DNA of 64,000 bases from the NCBI GenBank assembly GCA_934254915.1, contig CAKQMH010000003.1:25793-89792 (forward strand), written 5' to 3'. The notes under the pieces are model-generated. The model was given only the letters and a program-made list of their open reading frames with translations, searched no databases and was not told where the DNA came from. Below, one piece after another: positions 59,976 through 64,000 of the stretch. The number at the start of each line of letters is the position of its first letter. Positions within the stretch are counted from its first letter, which is position 1. The position numbers and the translations under genes are program-made. Source of the stretch: an uncultured Alphaproteobacteria bacterium. Its GTDB lineage: Bacteria; Pseudomonadota; Alphaproteobacteria; RF32; CAG-239.

Positions 59976-60805
59976 AATATCCTGTTCAATCCGCTGCCTA
60001 AAGCTTTAATCCAGTCGAAGCCGTTTAAGCGGATATTGTCATGTAAGACATCTCTTCTTTCTATCTTTTTTATCATAGAATTGGTTAAGGAAAAGATAAC
60101 GCCGAGTTCCCATTTCAACCTGATATTTTTTACGATTTTAAAGATTGGTTCGGCATCTTGCAGCATCATTCGCAGTTTGTCAGTTGTTTCATTAATTACT
60201 TCGCGCAAAGCCGGTTTGGTGAAGCTGAGATAAATGTCGCTGTATCTTGCCCCGTGTTGCTCCATCATCTCATGCGGCAGATAAAAACGCTGCAAATTGA
60301 CGGCGTCTTTTTTCAAATCCTGTAAATGGTTGGTAATTTGCAAAACGGCGCAAAGCGTGGCTGCCGGCAGGTATGATGACGGATTTTCATTATGAATTGC
60401 CAGCATAAAACGCCCCACCGGTGCAGCCGAATAATTGCAGTAGTTTAAAAGCTGTTCCCATATTTCAATCGGTTGATTTTCCGCATCCATTCGAAATGCC
60501 GTCAACAGGTCAGTATATAATGAACTGTCAAGATTTTCAGCTGCAAACAGACGTCCTAACTTGGCGGCAGATTTGAATTCGGTTGGTCTATCCGGCTGCC
60601 GAAAAGCCAGTTCGATATTGTCCAGTACGGCTTTTTTTTGCTCGGCTGATAGCAGAGGATTGTCCGCCGCATCATCGGCATCACGGGCTGCCTGATAATA
60701 GGTTTGGACAATGTTTTTAAGCTTGGGACTTATCAGCATCCCGACCGGAAAATTTTCATCTTTGGCTTGTTTGCGGTTCATCTTTTTCATAGCGTGTTTA
60801 TCCAT
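59960..60805 (-). CDS. hpnC: Hydroxysqualene synthase (squalene/phytoene synthase family)
   Basis: ENFPVG..., [28 protein letters not shown], and [18 protein letters not shown]. Confidence 0.7.
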   Translation of the reverse strand: MDKHAMKKMNRKQAKDENFPVGMLISPKLKNIVQTYYQAARDADDAADNPLLSAEQKKAVLDNIELAFRQPDRPTEFKSAAKLGRLFAAENLDSSLYTDLLTAFRMDAENQPIEIWEQLLNYCNYSAAPVGRFMLAIHNENPSSYLPAATLCAVLQITNHLQDLKKDAVNLQRFYLPHEMMEQHGARYSDIYLSFTKPALREVINETTDKLRMMLQDAEPIFKIVKNIRLKWELGVIFSLTNSMIKKIERRDVLHDNIRLNGFDWIKALGSGLNRILWQKH

Positions 60806-62133
60806 TGTTTAATATCGTCCAAGGCGCGGCGGCAATAAGCCTCTTTGCGATCCATTCCCTTAATTTTATGAAATTTGCCTTTAGCGGTAATTTCGCCCTG
60901 AATTGTCGGAAACAGTCCGAAATTAATATTCATCGGTTGATAGTCGGAGCTTCCGCCGTTGCGCAAGTGGTTCAGCATAGCTCCCATTGCCGTAGTAATC
61001 GGCGGCAGAATTGCTTTTCTGCCTCCGGCTTCCATTGCCGTAAAATATCCGCACAACCAACCGGTTGCCGCACTTTCGATATAGCCCTCGCAGCCGGTTA
61101 TTTGTCCGGCAAAGCGTAGGTGAGGGGCGGTACGCAGGCGCAATTCATCATCAAGCACCATCGGGCTGTTGATGAATGTGTTCATGTGAATTCCGCCCAA
61201 ACGGGCAAATTCGGCTTGTTCCAGTCCGGGAATCATACGAAAAATCCGTTTCTGTTCGCCGTGTTTTAATTTGGTCTGAAAACCGACCATATTACGCAAA
61301 GTATCTTCTTTGTTATCCTGCCGTAATTGCACCACGGCGTAAGGTTTGTTTTCGGGGGCGTGCGGATTGGTTAAACCTACCGGTTTCATCGGCCCGTACA
61401 ACAGGGTGTCAATTCCGCGTTCCGCCATAACTTCAATCGGCAGACAGCCGTCAAAATATGCCGCCTTTTCAAAGTCATGAAATTCAACTTTTTCAGCTTT
61501 CAGTAAGGCTTCGACAAACGCATAATATTCATCTTTGGTCAACGGGCAGTTGATATAATCAAACTTATCGCCTTTATCATAACGGGATTGATACCAGGCC
61601 TTGTCAAAGTTTATGCTGTCCTTGAATATTACCGGCGCAATCGCATCAAAAAAGTTCAGTGCCTTCTTATCCACGGCTTGTAAAATCGAATTGATGAGGT
61701 TTTCCGAGGTCAGAGGCCCGCTGGCAATAATCCAGTGTCCGCTTTGTTCCGACGGCAGTTCAACAATCTCTTCGTTTACAAACTCGATTAACGGGTGATT
61801 ATGCAGTTTTTGGCTGACCATTTGCGCAAAGCCGTCGCGATCAACCGCCAAAGCTCCGCCGGCCGGAACTTTGCATTTGTCGGCACATTCCATAATCAAT
61901 GAGCCGGCCAGACGCATTTCTTCATGTAATAATCCGACCGCATTATGCAGGCAATCATCTGAGCGCAAAGAATTGGAGCAGACTAATTCTGCGCAATAGG
62001 GCGTCTTGTGCGCCGGAGAAAATTTTTGCGGGCGCATCTCATGGATTATAACTTTAATACCGCGTTGTGCAATTTGCCAAGCCGCTTCTGACCCGGCCAA
62101 ACCGGCACCGACAATATGAACTTCGGAAAACAT
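60787..62133 (-). CDS. trmFO: Methylenetetrahydrofolate--tRNA-(uracil54-C5)-methyltransferase, FADH2-oxidising
   Basis: [21 protein letters not shown]..., CSNSLRSD, and [16 protein letters not shown]. Confidence 0.9.
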   Translation of the reverse strand: MFSEVHIVGAGLAGSEAAWQIAQRGIKVIIHEMRPQKFSPAHKTPYCAELVCSNSLRSDDCLHNAVGLLHEEMRLAGSLIMECADKCKVPAGGALAVDRDGFAQMVSQKLHNHPLIEFVNEEIVELPSEQSGHWIIASGPLTSENLINSILQAVDKKALNFFDAIAPVIFKDSINFDKAWYQSRYDKGDKFDYINCPLTKDEYYAFVEALLKAEKVEFHDFEKAAYFDGCLPIEVMAERGIDTLLYGPMKPVGLTNPHAPENKPYAVVQLRQDNKEDTLRNMVGFQTKLKHGEQKRIFRMIPGLEQAEFARLGGIHMNTFINSPMVLDDELRLRTAPHLRFAGQITGCEGYIESAATGWLCGYFTAMEAGGRKAILPPITTAMGAMLNHLRNGGSSDYQPMNINFGLFPTIQGEITAKGKFHKIKGMDRKEAYCRRALDDIKQWINTL

Positions 62134-62283
62134 TTATTCCTCCTGATTAGATTTTATGTTTTTATAAAAGCTTAAAGTCTAAAAGTAAACAAAAACTTCT
62201 TATGATAAGTTGTGCGAAACAATTGCCATTTGCAGTAAAAAGGGATATTATCCCGATAATTAATAAACAAAAGAAAAGTAAAA

Positions 62284-63438
62284 ATGATAAATTATAAGGG
62301 GTTTAGCATATTAGCAGCTGCTGTCTTGCTGCCGTTTTCTTCGTTGGCCAGCGAAGATTCGGCCCCTTATTTGTTTGGCGGTGAAGTTAATTATGAAACC
62401 GCCGTTGCCAATGCTTCCGCAGCTCCTTCTCAGTCTGTGGAACAAGACGCTCTTCCCGATATTATTCCCAATAATGGTGATGATTCTTTTGCTCCTCCGC
62501 CGTCGGATGCTATCGTCATTCCGCAAAATCCGCCGGCCGTTCCCATGATACAGCAGCCGTCTCCGGTACCGGAAACCAAGCCGGAAGAAAATAATTTGCC
62601 GACACTGAGCAAAGATCAGGAATTGACCGCGACCCTGAAACAAGACAATGATGCTTCCTCCTCATCATCAATTAAAGATACTCTGCCTAGTATTGAAGGT
62701 ACGTGGGTTGACAAATTAGCCAATTCCAATCCTTTATCGGCAATTAGCACTCCGACCCCGTTCGCATCGGGTGATGATAATTCCAGTCTTGAAAAAATGG
62801 TCGATTCGGCTCGTGCTCCGGCCAACGCCAATCGGCGCTCCAATGCTTCGGTGTTTGATATTTCCGGCGTTATGTTGCGCATGTCATTGGCTCAGGTGGA
62901 AGAAACTATGCAAAACCGCGGTTTCCGCAAGATGATGGAAAAACTGCAAATTCCTAACTTTATTAAGTGGCGTAATGAAGAATATTGCCGCAACAGCGGA
63001 GTTGTCGGTTATGAGCGTACGGAAGCCTGTGTTACGATTAAGGCCAAAAAAGACAAGCATGAATATGTCCAGACCACCAAATATGCCAAATTTGATACCA
63101 AAGAGGAAATCGAAGTTACGTTTACCAGCAATTTCACCGATAACAAAGTTTATAAAATCGTGTATAAAAGCATGGCGGCCAACTCAACCGGCAACAGCCC
63201 CAAAGCTGTGTACCTGCGTAATATAAAAGTGTATGATTTTTGGAAAAAAATTAATCAAAAATACGGCAAACCGGATAATAAAAATGATGTTACCTGGGGA
63301 ATGGGCGGCAACAAACCGTATCTTAAAGCCAAAACCGGATATTTACTGTTAGAAGATCCGATGCTGCGTGAACTGGACTATACCCGTATGTCGCGTGAGG
63401 ATCAGCGTTACATGAACACGGATTTATACAGTTTCTGA
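62284..63438 (+). CDS. Hypothetical secreted protein with Pro/Ser-rich linker
   Basis: Signal peptide MINYKGFSILAAAVLLPFSSLASE, a Pro-rich low-complexity middle, and a C-terminal globular region. No family recognised. Confidence 0.4.
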   Translation: MINYKGFSILAAAVLLPFSSLASEDSAPYLFGGEVNYETAVANASAAPSQSVEQDALPDIIPNNGDDSFAPPPSDAIVIPQNPPAVPMIQQPSPVPETKPEENNLPTLSKDQELTATLKQDNDASSSSSIKDTLPSIEGTWVDKLANSNPLSAISTPTPFASGDDNSSLEKMVDSARAPANANRRSNASVFDISGVMLRMSLAQVEETMQNRGFRKMMEKLQIPNFIKWRNEEYCRNSGVVGYERTEACVTIKAKKDKHEYVQTTKYAKFDTKEEIEVTFTSNFTDNKVYKIVYKSMAANSTGNSPKAVYLRNIKVYDFWKKINQKYGKPDNKNDVTWGMGGNKPYLKAKTGYLLLEDPMLRELDYTRMSREDQRYMNTDLYSF

Positions 63439-63456
63439 TTTGTGAGGAATAAGCAA

Positions 63457-64000
63457 ATGTCAAATCTTTTAACTCCAACTTTGTTAGCTGAGCTTGTATG
63501 CACTCGTATCAGTCATGATATTGTCGGCAATGTCGGCGCCGTTGCTAATGCGGTCGAGCTGCTGGAAGAAGGAGATTTAGATTTTCTTGATGACATTAAA
63601 TCAATATTAAAAACCAGCTCCGGCGTGTTGTCGGCGCGTATGAAATTCTTTCGTTTGGCATTTGGACTGGACAATGCCAATCTGGAGAATTTAGCAATGA
63701 TAAAATCTGCTGCCGAAGACTATTTGGCCACTATCGGCAATCGGAATTATCCGATAAAACTGGATTTCAGTTTAACCGATGTGCGCTATGCCCGCATTGT
63801 CTTACTGGCGGTTATGATTATCGCCGACACGTTAATCCGCGGCGGCAATATCAGCGTGGCGGAAAAAGACGGGCAGGTATGGGTAGTATCACAAGGCGAC
63901 GTTCCGCCTTCAGTCGATAAACTAGCCTGCCTGAAACAAATTGTCGGCGGTCAGAATATTGAGCCGAACGCTCAGCTGGCACCGGTTTTTTATCTGTTGG
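63457..64000 (+). CDS. chpT: Histidine phosphotransferase ChpT (partial, runs off the right edge)
   Basis: Hand translation from the ATG at 63457 (GAGGA Shine-Dalgarno sequence) gives MSNLLTPTLLAELVCTRISHDIVGNVGAVANAVELLEE...FRLAFGLDNA. This matches the ChpT pattern (LLAARLCHDFISP..GAI.NGLELLED...R.AFG) of the alphaproteobacterial CtrA phosphorelay. Not in the ORF track because it is open at the window end. Confidence 0.6.
   Translation, partial: MSNLLTPTLLAELVCTRISHDIVGNVGAVANAVELLEEGDLDFLDDIKSILKTSSGVLSARMKFFRLAFGLDNANLENLAMIKSAAEDYLATIGNRNYPIKLDFSLTDVRYARIVLLAVMIIADTLIRGGNISVAEKDGQVWVVSQGDVPPSVDKLACLKQIVGGQNIEPNAQLAPVFYLL

Noticed and set aside
1-64000. CRISPR arrays or additional tRNA/rRNA genes
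   Set aside because: There are no regularly spaced direct repeats of 25-40 bp with unique spacers. The only GGTTCGAA T-loop with a foldable cloverleaf is the tRNA-Lys at 6390-6465.

Overview
This 64 kb window looks like an alphaproteobacterial chromosome segment of roughly mid-40s % GC. The class assignment rests on the ChpT phosphotransferase at the right edge, the nuoL/M/N-birA-rnj block, hflK-hflC-degP, the hpnCDE squalene genes, trmFO, and rplM-rpsI. The core is dense with housekeeping genes: mutS, RNase J, RNase E, PBP1A, prfB with its programmed +1 frameshift, gltX, cysS, ispH, rnhA, apbC, amiC and a DsbD-like gene. No CRISPR array or rRNA was found, and there is a single tRNA, tRNA-Lys(UUU). 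Two visibly AT-rich accessory segments interrupt the core.

(1) Positions 1 to about 6300 form an island whose inner end sits at the 3' end of tRNA-Lys, next to an internally deleted ISL3-family transposase remnant. It carries a tightly overlapping minus-strand operon that runs off the left edge of the window. In transcription order the operon encodes a small protein, a Ham1/ITPase-like NTP pyrophosphatase, a PfkB sugar/nucleoside kinase, a P-loop kinase, a 504-aa radical SAM enzyme with a non-canonical CX4CX2C cluster motif, an HhH-GPD glycosylase-like protein, and a thymidylate-kinase-like dNMP kinase. This is the best candidate for a previously undescribed system. I read it as a nucleotide-modification or modified/antiviral-nucleotide pathway.

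(2) Positions 20116 to about 25015, between rpsI and holC, form a mosaic insertion. It is bounded by a duplicated ~34 bp rpsI 3' end and a duplicated ~224 bp holC 3' end. It carries a heptad-repeat protein with a eukaryotic-type basic NLS, a truncated phage-type lysozyme, a lipoprotein, an orphan toxin-like C-terminal fragment followed by a Cys-rich immunity-like gene, and small membrane proteins.
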